From Dehalococcoidia bacterium (GTDB lineage Bacteria; Chloroflexota; Dehalococcoidia; UBA2979), in NCBI GenBank assembly GCA_019694855.1, contig JAIBBD010000002.1:25354-89353 (forward strand): a stretch of DNA of 64,000 bases, given 5' to 3'. The position numbers were made by a program, and so were the translations under genes. Each line of letters begins with the position of its first letter. Positions within the stretch are counted from its first letter, which is position 1. The notes under the pieces are model-generated. The model was not told the origin of the DNA. It made no database searches and was given only the letters and a program-made list of their open reading frames with translations. Below are positions 1-9,566 of this stretch, in pieces.

Positions 1-1
1 C

Positions 2-307
2 GAGATCGTGGGCGCCATCCAGGAGCACATGGGCGCGATCGTGCACACGGTGCGCGCGGTCCTCGAGCGCACGCCCCCGGAGCTGGCGTCCGATGTCATC
101 GACCGCGGCATCGTGCTCACCGGCGGCGGCGCGCTCCTCCGCCATCTCGACGAACTGCTGGTGCACGAGACCGGCGTCCCGGTGCACGTCGCCGACGACC
201 CGCGGCGATGCGTGGCAAAGGGCGCCGGTGCGGCGCTTGGCTATCTCGACGTCATCGCGCGCAGCATCCCGACCGAGGAAGAGTCCCTCATTGCAGAGAG
301 CCGCTGA
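2..307 (+). CDS. mreB: Rod shape-determining protein MreB, C-terminal fragment (5' end lies outside the window)
   Basis: The frame of ORF 8..307 is open to the window edge. IVLTGGGALLRHLDELL...GVPVHVADDPRRCVAKGAG matches the conserved MreB C-terminus. Confidence 0.8.
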   Translation, partial: EIVGAIQEHMGAIVHTVRAVLERTPPELASDVIDRGIVLTGGGALLRHLDELLVHETGVPVHVADDPRRCVAKGAGAALGYLDVIARSIPTEEESLIAESR

Positions 308-326
308 CCGCTGACCGAGGCTGGTC

Positions 327-1787
327 TCAGACCGGGGTGACGGGCAATCCGCGCAGCTCTCCTCCGCCGGCTTCTCGCGCTGCATCGGTGTCGGCGGCCG
401 GTATCGAGGCGGCTGCGGGCGCGCGTCGCCAGAGCATCACGCCGAGCACCGCCACGTTCGTGAGCGAACAGGCGACCCAGAACGCCCCCGACTTCGACGC
501 TCCCTCGAACAGCCGCGGTGCATTCGGCAGCGCATACACCAGCGCGATGTTGATGAAGTACGTGACGGAGAGCACCGCGAACAGCCGTCGGTATATCGGG
601 TCGATCACCGCGGGCAGCGCGCACATCAGCACGACCGGCAGCATGTATCGCTCGTGAATGCGCGTCGGCAGGATGTACAACGTCAGCATGATGGCCATGG
701 CGGCCCAGAGCATCGCGGCCGGACGCCGGTCTCGGGCATACGCCACGAGGATCGCTACGTACACGATCAGCGTGAGCACGGTCCCCCATGCCTGGTAGCT
801 CGCGCCGAGGAAGAACGGCTCGGTGTCGATCTGCCACTGGCTGGTGGGCGGCGACACCGCCGACCACAGGTTGAACGCGTAGAGGCTCGCGAACTGGTTC
901 ATGTTCACGGCGATGCGCATTCGTTCGATGATGCTCCACTCGCCGATGCCCAGGAGCCCGACGCCGAACGGCAGACACACGAGCGCGGCGAGTGCGACCG
1001 AAATCGCGGCTCCGGCGACGACCGGGGTGAGCACGTCGCCCCAGTACCCCTCGGGGCGCGGCCGTGTGTCGCCGGGCTCACGCCGTACGTACTCGAGGTA
1101 GTACGTCAGCGCGATCAGCGGCACGAACGCGGCGAACTGCGGCTTGATGAGCGTCGCGTACGTGAGCGCCGGGAGCACCCACCCGAGCCGCCCCGCGAGG
1201 TACAGCCACAACGCCAGTAGCGCGAAGAAGGTCGAGACGGAGTCCCATTGCCCCCACACGGCGGTCAGGAAGATCGAGGCGGGATTGAAGAGCACCAGCA
1301 CTGCCGCGATCAGGCCCACGTTCCGGCTCCACAGCCGACGGCCGATCAGGTACAGCATCCACGCCACGCCCAGGTCAGCGAGCGCCGGCACCAGCTTGAG
1401 CATCCAGGCAAAGCCGCGGGTCTCGACGTCCATGGCGGGCGAAAACAGCCGAAACACCTGGCCAAGGAACCACAGCAACCACAGGTCGCCTGGCAGATGG
1501 TCCTGCTCCGGCATGAACTGTTGCTTCAGGTGATAGAACTGGGACAGCGGGTCCTGCACGAGGTGATACGCCCAGAACTCGAACGTCGGAATGTCGAAGT
1601 GGTGCCCCCCGTACGGAGCGAGCGCCAGCCGCACGAGGAGCCCGAGCCCGAAGAGCCCCAGCAACGCCTGCCGGTGCGTCGGCTGCCAGCCCTCCGACTC
1701 CGCCAATCTCGCAGCCGGCTCACCCTCGCCACCATCGGGGCGAGCGCGTCGGGCATCGTCTCGGTTCGCGCGTCTCACTCGTTGCAT
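327..1787 (-). CDS. Polytopic membrane protein, GT-C-like glycosyltransferase (DUF2029/GT87-like mannosyltransferase family)
   Basis: 486 aa with more than 10 predicted TM helices and aromatic-rich loops. It is divergent from a similar membrane protein at 1902. GC3 bias is strong. Confidence 0.5.
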   Translation of the reverse strand: MQRVRRANRDDARRARPDGGEGEPAARLAESEGWQPTHRQALLGLFGLGLLVRLALAPYGGHHFDIPTFEFWAYHLVQDPLSQFYHLKQQFMPEQDHLPGDLWLLWFLGQVFRLFSPAMDVETRGFAWMLKLVPALADLGVAWMLYLIGRRLWSRNVGLIAAVLVLFNPASIFLTAVWGQWDSVSTFFALLALWLYLAGRLGWVLPALTYATLIKPQFAAFVPLIALTYYLEYVRREPGDTRPRPEGYWGDVLTPVVAGAAISVALAALVCLPFGVGLLGIGEWSIIERMRIAVNMNQFASLYAFNLWSAVSPPTSQWQIDTEPFFLGASYQAWGTVLTLIVYVAILVAYARDRRPAAMLWAAMAIMLTLYILPTRIHERYMLPVVLMCALPAVIDPIYRRLFAVLSVTYFINIALVYALPNAPRLFEGASKSGAFWVACSLTNVAVLGVMLWRRAPAAASIPAADTDAAREAGGGELRGLPVTPV

Positions 1788-1901
1788 CGCTCGGGGTGGC
1801 CATGGATCGCGGGACGTAGAACCATAGCCACAGCTCGTTTGCCAGTGTCAAGCTGAGAGCCGGGTGGGAGGCGCGTCCCTCCTCCTCCCGCGGGGAAACC
1901 G

Positions 1902-3437
1902 ATGCCGTCGATGCCATTCCGCGTCGCCCGCTCGTCCCGCCGCTGGCGCTCCGGTGGCCGCGACCGGGTGTTGCTGCTCATCATCGCCGGGCTCGGCCTC
2001 GCGCTGGTGTCCATCTACGGGTTCCTGCTGCCCCTCGACCATTCGGATCACCCCGGCGTCGCCTTCGGCTATCAACCGCTGGCGACCGTCATGGGGACAG
2101 ACCACGAAGGTCGGACGCGGTTCGTCGCGGCGGTGCTGGGCGCCTATGCCGTGTTCCTCCTGGCGGCGGTCCTCGCGAGCCGACTCGCTGGCCGCCGCGC
2201 CTGCGCCGCGGTTCTGGGAGGCACCGTCGTCCTCGCCGCCGTCCTCCTGCCGACGAACCCCGCTGGAGCGCAGGACGTCTACCACAACATCGCCGATGCG
2301 CGGACGTTCTGGGTCTACGGCGACAATCCCGCCGTCACGCCACCCATCGAGCATCGCGACGACCCGTTCTTCAAGTACATACCCGCCTGGCCGGACACGC
2401 CGTCCTCGTACGGCCCCCTCTGGTACGTGCTTTCGGGGGTCCCGCTCCCGTTCACCGGTACCAGCCTCTGGCTGAACGTCCTCGGTCAGAAGGTGCTGAC
2501 CGCGGCCTTCCTTGTTCTGACGACAGCGCTTGTCATGCTCACCGCCGCACGTCTTCGGCCGGGTTCCGCGGTCCTCGCCGGCGTGCTTGTCGGCTGGAAC
2601 CCGTTGCTGCAGTTCGAGACGGCGGGCGCCGCGCACAACGACATCGTGATGGTGTGTTTCGCCGTTGGCGCCTTCTACGCGCTCAGCAGGCGTGCCTGGG
2701 ACTTCGTCTTCCCCCTGCTCGCGCTCGCCGTCGCCGTGAAGTACGTCCTGATCCTCCTCGCGCCGCTGTTCCTCCTCTGGATGCTGCTGCGCCGCGACGT
2801 CCCCCGAGGTCAGCTCGCGCGCTCCGTCGTCGCTGGCGTCCTCCTCGGCGCTGCCTGGTATGTGCCGTTCCTCGCGGACGGCGCGCTGTTCGACACGCTC
2901 CGCGGCGAGGGCAATCGCTACCTCTCCTCGACCGGCAGCTTCCTGGTCTCGGTCTTCATGAACCAACGCCACATGGGGATTCCCGAGGCGGAACAGACGA
3001 TGAAGCGTGTGCTGTGGGCCGCGTTCGTCGCGAGTTCGCTGCTCCTTCTCACGCGCTTCCGTCGCCAGCCCTCGTACGGCCTGCTCATCGGCACGTCTGC
3101 CGGTGTGATCTTCCTGTTTCTCGTCACCGTGAAGTGGTGGTTCTGGCCGTGGTACCTGACCTGGCTCGTCCCCATTGCGGCCCTCGCCCCACGGCGCGGC
3201 TCCGCGCTCCTCGCGACGCTGTTCTCCTGCACCGCGATGCTGCATTACGCCGCGTACTACTGGGGCCTCTACGACGAGTGGCACCACCATCAACGCGAGC
3301 TGTTTGCGGTCGTCTTTGCACCGCCCCTGGCGCTCGCCGCATTGCTCGTGCTCTGGACGCTCGCCCGAGGCGTCGCGCGGTCCGTGCGGAGGCTGCGCCG
3401 CACCCTGCTCACGCCCGCCGAGGGCGTCAGCCGCTGA
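1902..3437 (+). CDS. Polytopic membrane protein, GT-C-like glycosyltransferase (DUF2029/GT87-like)
   Basis: 511 aa with many TM helices. Its YGPLWY...NPLLQFE motifs resemble the DUF2029 mannosyltransferase family. It is divergent from 327..1787. Confidence 0.5.
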   Translation: MPSMPFRVARSSRRWRSGGRDRVLLLIIAGLGLALVSIYGFLLPLDHSDHPGVAFGYQPLATVMGTDHEGRTRFVAAVLGAYAVFLLAAVLASRLAGRRACAAVLGGTVVLAAVLLPTNPAGAQDVYHNIADARTFWVYGDNPAVTPPIEHRDDPFFKYIPAWPDTPSSYGPLWYVLSGVPLPFTGTSLWLNVLGQKVLTAAFLVLTTALVMLTAARLRPGSAVLAGVLVGWNPLLQFETAGAAHNDIVMVCFAVGAFYALSRRAWDFVFPLLALAVAVKYVLILLAPLFLLWMLLRRDVPRGQLARSVVAGVLLGAAWYVPFLADGALFDTLRGEGNRYLSSTGSFLVSVFMNQRHMGIPEAEQTMKRVLWAAFVASSLLLLTRFRRQPSYGLLIGTSAGVIFLFLVTVKWWFWPWYLTWLVPIAALAPRRGSALLATLFSCTAMLHYAAYYWGLYDEWHHHQRELFAVVFAPPLALAALLVLWTLARGVARSVRRLRRTLLTPAEGVSR

Positions 3438-3458
3438 CCGAGGGAACGGACTCGCGCG

Positions 3459-4097
3459 TTACGCGTCCCGCCGGCGCAGGTGGTAAGTCATGCCCTGCAA
3501 CGAGAGTACCGGGTCGATCTGCCGCACCTCGACGCCTGCTGGCACCTGGGCCGCCGTCGGCGCGTAGCTGAGGATCGCACCGATGCCGGCCGCGACGAGC
3601 ACATCGACGACCGCCTGTGCCTCGCCCGCGGGCACCGCGACAATGCCGATATCGACCGGGTCGTCCGCCAGGTCGCGCGCCAGATCGGCCACGTTCCGCA
3701 CAACCAGTTCGCCGCCGAGCTCGGTGCCGACGGCCTCCGGATTCACGTCGTAGACGCCGACGATGTCGAACCCCTGCGGTTCGAACCCACGATACGAGGC
3801 AATCGCGGTACCGAGGCGCCCGACGCCAATGAGCACCATCCGCCAGCGTTGGTCGAGACCGAGGATCGTCCGCAGCTCATCGGTCAGCCGCTGGACGGAA
3901 TACCCGCGTCCCTGCTTGCCAAATCGGCCGAAGTACGAGAGATCCTTGCGAATTTGCGCGGGCGTGACGTTCAGTGCCTCTCCGAGCTCCTGTGAGGAGA
4001 CGACCGCGACTCCACGGGCCTGCAAGTTCGTCAGCAGCCGGTAATACGTCGGCAGCCGGTCGATCACGACTTCGGGGATCTCGAGCGGCACGCGCAC
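3459..4097 (-). CDS. rex: Redox-sensing transcriptional repressor Rex
   Basis: N-terminal wHTH region (RLPTYYRLL...DLSYFGRFGKQGRGY) followed by a Rossmann NADH-binding fold (VLIGVGRLG). The length of 212 aa is typical for Rex. Confidence 0.85.
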   Translation of the reverse strand: MRVPLEIPEVVIDRLPTYYRLLTNLQARGVAVVSSQELGEALNVTPAQIRKDLSYFGRFGKQGRGYSVQRLTDELRTILGLDQRWRMVLIGVGRLGTAIASYRGFEPQGFDIVGVYDVNPEAVGTELGGELVVRNVADLARDLADDPVDIGIVAVPAGEAQAVVDVLVAAGIGAILSYAPTAAQVPAGVEVRQIDPVLSLQGMTYHLRRRDA

Positions 4098-4130
4098 TCC
4101 CTGGGCGTCAAAATGTCAGTCGAGGGCGGC

Positions 4131-4148
4131 TTGCGAAAGTGTGCACAA
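4131..4148. promoter_or_regulatory. Candidate Rex operator (Rex-box-like inverted repeat)
   Basis: TTGCGAAAGTGTGCACAA matches 12 of 14 core positions of the TTGTGAA-N4-TTCACAA consensus. It lies in the rex / FGE-family divergent intergenic region. Confidence 0.45.
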
Positions 4149-4205
4149 TCATACGTCCACCGGGTATTCACGCAACTCAGACATAACGAAGGAATACACG
4201 CACAT

Positions 4206-4952
4206 ATGGCCTCCTTCGATGACCTTGACCCGCGGCTCGCTCGGTTGCTCGAAGTGGGCCCGCACGCAACTCCATTCGTTCGGCTCCCCGGGGGCCGGTT
4301 CGTCATGGGCTCCGATGGGCGCAAAGACGAGCTGCCCATCCACGAGGTGGAAGTCGGGCCTGTCGATGTGGCGCTCGCCCCCGTCACGAACGCCGAGTAC
4401 GCCGCGTTCCTCGAAGCCACCGGCCACGAGCCGCCCCGGTTCTGGGACGACGAGCGCTTCAACGCGCCGCAGCAACCGGTTGTGGGCACCTCCTGGTACG
4501 ACGCCGTGGCTTACTGCGAGTGGCTGTCCTCGCTCCTCGATCGGCGCTGCCGCCTCCCCAGCGAGGCGGAACGCGAGTACGCGGCGCGTGGTGGCCGGGA
4601 CGGTTGGCTCTACCCCTGGGGCAATGAGGCGCTCGACAACGGCCCGTTCGCGTTCGGGTCCGCCGGCATGGACCGCCCGTTGCCGGTGGGCGCCACGCCG
4701 CCGAATGGGTTCGGCCTCTACCACATGGGCGAGAACGTCCACGAGTGGTGCACTGACTGGTACGACCCTCGAGGGTACGTGGAGCCGTCGACAGACCCGG
4801 CCGAAGAGCTGCCGGAGGGGGCGCGTCGTGCCTCCCGAGGTGGCTCCTGGCGCCACCACGTCAAGGTCTCGAGGATCGCGGCCCGCTCCTCGTTGGCCCC
4901 GGACCGTCGCTACAACGACTACGGTTTCCGCGTCTACGCCGACGTCAACTAG
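4206..4952 (+). CDS. Formylglycine-generating enzyme / sulfatase-modifying factor family protein (SUMF1/EgtB/PvdO superfamily)
   Basis: The FGE-sulfatase domain hallmarks are present: GTSWYDAVAYCEWL, RLPSEAEREYAARGG, HMGENVHEWCTDWY, RVSRGGSW...R..DYGFRV. Start was chosen at the internal ATG 4206, which is preceded by GAAGGAA. Confidence 0.7.
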   Translation: MASFDDLDPRLARLLEVGPHATPFVRLPGGRFVMGSDGRKDELPIHEVEVGPVDVALAPVTNAEYAAFLEATGHEPPRFWDDERFNAPQQPVVGTSWYDAVAYCEWLSSLLDRRCRLPSEAEREYAARGGRDGWLYPWGNEALDNGPFAFGSAGMDRPLPVGATPPNGFGLYHMGENVHEWCTDWYDPRGYVEPSTDPAEELPEGARRASRGGSWRHHVKVSRIAARSSLAPDRRYNDYGFRVYADVN

Positions 4953-5009
4953 CGCCGCCGCTCGGCCTACAATAGGGCTTCAACACGCACGATCGGCGGG
5001 CGGGCGACA

Positions 5010-6452
5010 GTGCGTCACATCCCTCTGACCGCGGAACCCTGGTCGCAGTTTGGACCGCTCGAAGCAGCGGCCCGCCTGCACGGCCGCCCTTACCTGGCCT
5101 GGCTCGATTCCGCACTCGCTTCGTCCGCGCGGGGCCGCTGGTCCATCGTGGCGTCGGATCCTCGCTGGATCATGCTCGCGCACGGCTCCCGCGTCAGCGT
5201 TCGTGACAAGGCAGGCCTGCACTGCTTCACAGCCGACCCGCTGCGCGCCTTCGCCAGCCGCGTCGAGGCGGAAGTGCCGCGCGTCCTCGACCCGACTGCG
5301 CCCGCGCTCCCCTTCGTCGGCGGCGCGATCGGCTACCTCGGGTTCGAGCTGGGCCGGTTCGTCGAGCGCCTTCCCGCGACCACCATCGACGACGTGGGCG
5401 TCCCCGACCTCGCGATGGCCTGGTACGACGCCGCCCTCGTCTGGGACGGCCTCGAGGCGACGGGCTGGCTCGTGGGCACCCCCGAATCGGTCTGCGCGCT
5501 GAAAGCGCGGCTGTGCCGGCTGCGGCGGCAGACCGAGCCGAATCACCGGCCGTCGACGGCCTGCGACCTGCGCTCGAACTTCAGCCGGCCTCGGTACCTT
5601 GACGCGGTTCGCCGCGCCCGCGCGTACATCGAGGCCGGTGACATCTACCAGGTCAACCTCTCGCAACGCTTCTCGGCTCCGGTCCACGCCGGCGGGCTCG
5701 ACCTGTACACCCGGCTCCGCGAGGTCAGCCCCGCGCCCTTCGCCGCCTACCTCGACTTCCGGCCCGTGCCTGGCGATCCCGACGCCCACGGTCTCGAGGT
5801 GTTGTCGTCCTCCCCCGAGCGTCTCCTGCTGCTCGACGGCGATCGGCTCGAGACGCGGCCGATCAAGGGCACTCGCCGCCGCGGCGCGACGCCCGCCGAT
5901 GACGCCTATCAGGCCGAGGCGTTGCTCGCCAGCAGGAAGGACGCGGCCGAACACGTGATGATCGTCGACCTGGAGCGGAACGACCTCGGCCGCATCGCCG
6001 AGGTCGGCTCCGTCCGTGTCGAGGAACTCGCGGGCCTCGAGACGTTTGCCCAGGTCCACCACCTCACCTCGACCGTCACGGCCCGTCGCCGCCCCAACGT
6101 CGGCCTCGAGGCCACACTGCGCGCGGTCTTCCCGGGCGGTTCGATCAGTGGCGCACCCAAGATTCGAGCACTCGAGATCATTGACGAGCTCGAACCGACC
6201 GTTCGCGGCGTGTACACCGGCGCTATCGGCTACGTCTCCGCCCACGGCCGCGCGGACCTGAACATCGCCATCCGCACCATCACCCTCTCCGAAGGCGTGG
6301 CGCACCTCCACGTCGGCGGCGCGATCGTCGCCGATTCCGACCCGGCCGCCGAGTACCAGGAGACGCTCGACAAGGCGCGCGGCATGGCGCGCGCCCTCGG
6401 CGTCCGCCTCCCCGACGAACCCGACTCTGTCGCCGACACCGCGGACGCCTGA
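5010..6452 (+). CDS. pabB: Aminodeoxychorismate synthase component I (chorismate-binding enzyme; PabB/TrpE family)
   Basis: Chorismate-binding domain motifs (GDIYQVNLSQRF, PERLL, VFPGGSISGAPK). It is followed immediately by a class IV aminotransferase/ADC lyase. GTG start. Confidence 0.75.
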   Translation: MRHIPLTAEPWSQFGPLEAAARLHGRPYLAWLDSALASSARGRWSIVASDPRWIMLAHGSRVSVRDKAGLHCFTADPLRAFASRVEAEVPRVLDPTAPALPFVGGAIGYLGFELGRFVERLPATTIDDVGVPDLAMAWYDAALVWDGLEATGWLVGTPESVCALKARLCRLRRQTEPNHRPSTACDLRSNFSRPRYLDAVRRARAYIEAGDIYQVNLSQRFSAPVHAGGLDLYTRLREVSPAPFAAYLDFRPVPGDPDAHGLEVLSSSPERLLLLDGDRLETRPIKGTRRRGATPADDAYQAEALLASRKDAAEHVMIVDLERNDLGRIAEVGSVRVEELAGLETFAQVHHLTSTVTARRRPNVGLEATLRAVFPGGSISGAPKIRALEIIDELEPTVRGVYTGAIGYVSAHGRADLNIAIRTITLSEGVAHLHVGGAIVADSDPAAEYQETLDKARGMARALGVRLPDEPDSVADTADA

Positions 6453-6455
6453 CCG

Positions 6456-7307
6456 GTGCCCCTCGTCTGGCTCGACGGCGTGCTCGTTTCCCGCGAGGAT
6501 GCCCGGGTTTCCGTGGACGACCTCGGCTTCCTCTACGGGGCCTCCTGTTTCGAGACCATGCGCTCGTTCGACGCCGTCGTCTTTCGCCTCGATCGTCATT
6601 TCGACCGCCTCGAGGCTGGCCTTGCGGCCCTGGGCGTCCTGGCCCCGCCGCGAGACGAGCTGCGAGCCGCGCTCGAGGCCACGCTGGGCGCAAACGGGCT
6701 GCGTGATGCGCGTCTCCGCCTGACGGTGAGTGCAGGCCGTGGGGCTGGGCGTCCCGACCTCCGGGCCGCGCAGGGCCCCACGGTCCTCGTCGTCGCCGAG
6801 CCTGCGCCCGATCCCGCCGCGCCCGCCCGGCTCGCCGTCGCTTCGACGCGCGTCGACGAGCGGCGGCCGCTGACCTTCGCCAAGACGGCCAACTACCTTC
6901 TCTCGCTGCTCGCGCTCGACGAAGCGCGCAGGGCCGGCTGCGACGAGGCGCTGCTCCTCAACCGGCGCGACCACATGGCCGAGGGCGCGACGTCAAACCT
7001 CTTCGCCGTGCTCGATAGCCGTCTGGTCACCCCGCCGCTCTCTGATGGCCCGCTGCCGGGCGTCGCGCGCGAAGTCGTCCTCGAATGCGCGGCCCGACTC
7101 GGGATCGCGACCGAGGAGCGCTCCCTTGGCCTCGAGGATCTCAGCGCAGCGGATGAGCTATTCCTCACGAACAGCGTCATTGGCCTGCGGGCGGTCTCCG
7201 ACGTTGCCGGCCACTGGCGGCCGGCGACAGTGCCAGGCCCCCTGACGATCGTGCTCCAGGACGAGTACGGTCGGGTCGTGCGGCGCGAATGCGCCGCCGA
7301 GGAGTGA
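6456..7307 (+). CDS. pabC: Aminodeoxychorismate lyase (class IV PLP-dependent aminotransferase fold)
   Basis: Class IV aminotransferase motifs (GFLYGASCFETMRSF, ...TNS). It lies 3 nt after pabB, the classic pabBC arrangement. Confidence 0.7.
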   Translation: MPLVWLDGVLVSREDARVSVDDLGFLYGASCFETMRSFDAVVFRLDRHFDRLEAGLAALGVLAPPRDELRAALEATLGANGLRDARLRLTVSAGRGAGRPDLRAAQGPTVLVVAEPAPDPAAPARLAVASTRVDERRPLTFAKTANYLLSLLALDEARRAGCDEALLLNRRDHMAEGATSNLFAVLDSRLVTPPLSDGPLPGVAREVVLECAARLGIATEERSLGLEDLSAADELFLTNSVIGLRAVSDVAGHWRPATVPGPLTIVLQDEYGRVVRRECAAEE

Positions 7308-7981
7308 CCGTGCCCGCCACCCGCGTATACCTCGAGGTCGGTGCGAAGCGAGTCTTCGCCTGCGCGCTCGACTGGCCCGGGTGGTGCCGATCGGGGCGGA
7401 CCGAGGACGAGGCGCTGACGCGCCTCGCGGAGTACGCCGCGCGCTATGCCGTCGTAGCCGAGATGGCCGGCGTTTCGGCCCCGGGCACGCCGCCCGCGTT
7501 CGAGGTCGTCGACCGCATCGCGGGTTCGACCACGACGGATTTCGGCGCACCGGGCGCTATCCCGCTCGCGGATGCCGAACCGGCGTCGCCCGCCGAGGCG
7601 GAGCGCCTGGTGGACCTCGTGCGAGCGGCCTGGACGGTCCTCGATGAGGTTGCCGCCAGCGCGCCTGCGTCACTCGCGAAGGGACCGCGAGGCGGCGGCC
7701 GCGACCGCGACAAGATGCTCCAGCACGTCTTGAGCGCTGAGGCGAGCTACGCGCGCTACCTCGGCGTGCGCCATCGTGAGCCAGCCTTCGACGACCTCGC
7801 GGCCGTCGCCGACGTACGCACGGCGGTCGCCGGGGCGCTCAGCGACCGCCTGACCTCGGCGCCCGCCGAGGGACAACGCGGGCCGGCCCGCTACGCCGCG
7901 CGCCGCGTCGCCTGGCATGTCCTGGATCACGCCTGGGAGATGGAAGACCGCGGCGGCCTCGATCCCCGCCGCTCCGGTTAG
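7289..7981 (+). CDS. Hypothetical protein with a DinB/YfiT-like C-terminal helical domain
   Basis: Strong GC3 bias. The start overlaps the pabC stop, either ATG 7289 or in-frame GTG 7310. The C-terminal HVLDHAWEMEDRG is reminiscent of DinB_2 metal-binding helices. Function is unknown. Confidence 0.45.
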   Translation: MRRRGVTVPATRVYLEVGAKRVFACALDWPGWCRSGRTEDEALTRLAEYAARYAVVAEMAGVSAPGTPPAFEVVDRIAGSTTTDFGAPGAIPLADAEPASPAEAERLVDLVRAAWTVLDEVAASAPASLAKGPRGGGRDRDKMLQHVLSAEASYARYLGVRHREPAFDDLAAVADVRTAVAGALSDRLTSAPAEGQRGPARYAARRVAWHVLDHAWEMEDRGGLDPRRSG

Positions 7982-7991
7982 CGCCGCGAGG

Positions 7992-8921
7992 CTACGCCCG
8001 CCCGGGGTCGAGCCCGCTCGGCGGCTGGAAGACCACGGTCTCCTCCGCCACCACGACCGGCTCCACCCGCGTCACGCCCCGCCGCTTGAGGTCCTCGATG
8101 ATCGGGTCGAGCAGCTCGTCCGGCACCGACGCCCCCGCTGTCAGACCGACGACCTCGACCCCGTCGTACCAGGCCGGGTCGATCTCCTCGATCCCGTCGA
8201 TGCGATACGCCGGCGTCCCCGTGCTCGCGGCCACCTGCTGGAGCCGCACCGAGTTGCTCGAATTGATCGACCCCACCACGAGCACGAGGTCGGACCGCTC
8301 CGCGATCGTCCGCACCGCCAGCTGCCGGTTGGTGGTGGCGTAGCAGATGTCGTTGCGCACCTGGGCCTCGGGGTACCGCGAGCGGATCGCGTCGATGACC
8401 CCCGCCGTGTCGTCGACCGAGAGGGTCGTCTGCGTTACCACGAACACCGGCTTCGTTCGCTCACTCAGCGCGCGCACGTCCTCGGCCGAGTCCACGATCG
8501 AGGTGCGTTCCGGCGCCTCGCCGAGCGTCCCAACGACCTCGTCGTGACCGCGGTGCCCCACGAGCAGGATCTCAAAGCCGTCCCGCGCCGCTTTCCGCGT
8601 CTCCAGGTGCACCTTCGTCACCAGCGGGCAGGTCGCGTCGATCACGCGAAGTTGGCGACGTTCAGCCTCCTCGACGACGGCCGGCGACACGCCGTGGGCG
8701 CTGAACACGATGCGCGACCCTTCCGGCACCTCCTCCAGGCTGTCGACGAAGATTGCTCCGCGCTGGCGGAACCCATCGACCACGTGCCGGTTGTGCACGA
8801 TCTCGTGGAACGCGTAGACGGGCGCGGGTTCGCGGTCCAGCACCGCATCAAGCACATCGATCGCGCGCACGACGCCCGCGCAAAACCCGCGCGGCTCGGC
8901 GAGCAGCAGGGTGTGGGGCAT
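7992..8921 (-). CDS. ispH: 4-hydroxy-3-methylbut-2-enyl diphosphate reductase
   Basis: Full-length LytB/IspH with its three conserved Cys regions (GFCAGV, ATCPLV, NDICYATTNRQ) and SINSSNS. Confidence 0.9.
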   Translation of the reverse strand: MPHTLLLAEPRGFCAGVVRAIDVLDAVLDREPAPVYAFHEIVHNRHVVDGFRQRGAIFVDSLEEVPEGSRIVFSAHGVSPAVVEEAERRQLRVIDATCPLVTKVHLETRKAARDGFEILLVGHRGHDEVVGTLGEAPERTSIVDSAEDVRALSERTKPVFVVTQTTLSVDDTAGVIDAIRSRYPEAQVRNDICYATTNRQLAVRTIAERSDLVLVVGSINSSNSVRLQQVAASTGTPAYRIDGIEEIDPAWYDGVEVVGLTAGASVPDELLDPIIEDLKRRGVTRVEPVVVAEETVVFQPPSGLDPGRA

Positions 8922-8988
8922 ACCACCTCCGGGCTTCCATTGTATCGAGACGGCCCGATTGAAGAACCTTCGGGCGTGCGAATCGACC

Positions 8989-9465
8989 TCAATACCGCTT
9001 CACGCTGCGCAGCCCGCGCGCCTCGCTCCACGACTCGATGACGAGGTGGTCGCGCGGCTCGCCGATCCGCGTCAGTGATACCTCGGACACATCGATGCGA
9101 AACAGGTGCGATTCTTCTGGGATCTCCGCCTCGAGGTTCAGCACGTCCCACGCGTGCGGGCCCGTCGCCTCGATGGCGCGCCCGGACAGCTTCGCGTCGC
9201 CCTGCAGCAACTCCACGTCGACCGTCGCGCTGTGCAGCGCCATCCGAGGGTCGCGCAGGAGGTCGTGCGCCTTGAACGAATTCGGCATCATTCCCAGCCA
9301 GAGTTCACCGGCGGCGAACGTCGCCTCGATGCCGCTCAGTCGAGGCGACCCATCCCTCCTGAGCGTCGCCAACACTTTGTGCTTGTGGCTGTCGAACACG
9401 CTCTGCACCGCGTGCGCGAACTTCGGCTCGGCCGTCGCGATCGTTCCCCAGCTCGCCATCGTCAC
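8989..9465 (-). CDS. Pyridoxamine 5'-phosphate oxidase-like FMN-binding split-barrel protein
   Basis: 158 aa. The LATLRRDGSPRLSGIEATFAAGELWLGMMPNSFKAHDLLRDPRMALH pattern is typical of PPOX-class flavin or deazaflavin-dependent small oxidoreductases. Confidence 0.55.
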   Translation of the reverse strand: MTMASWGTIATAEPKFAHAVQSVFDSHKHKVLATLRRDGSPRLSGIEATFAAGELWLGMMPNSFKAHDLLRDPRMALHSATVDVELLQGDAKLSGRAIEATGPHAWDVLNLEAEIPEESHLFRIDVSEVSLTRIGEPRDHLVIESWSEARGLRSVKRY

Positions 9466-9566
9466 ACGCTCCTTCCAACTCCTGCTGACGAGCGTACGAG
9501 GTCGGGCGGCGCACCGCAGGATGCGCCTCCAGTCCGCGTTGACCCGCCTCGCTGGAGGCCCGTACG

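Noticed and set aside
4980-6974. 664-aa minus-strand ORF
   Set aside because: It is antisense to pabB-pabC and has no homology.
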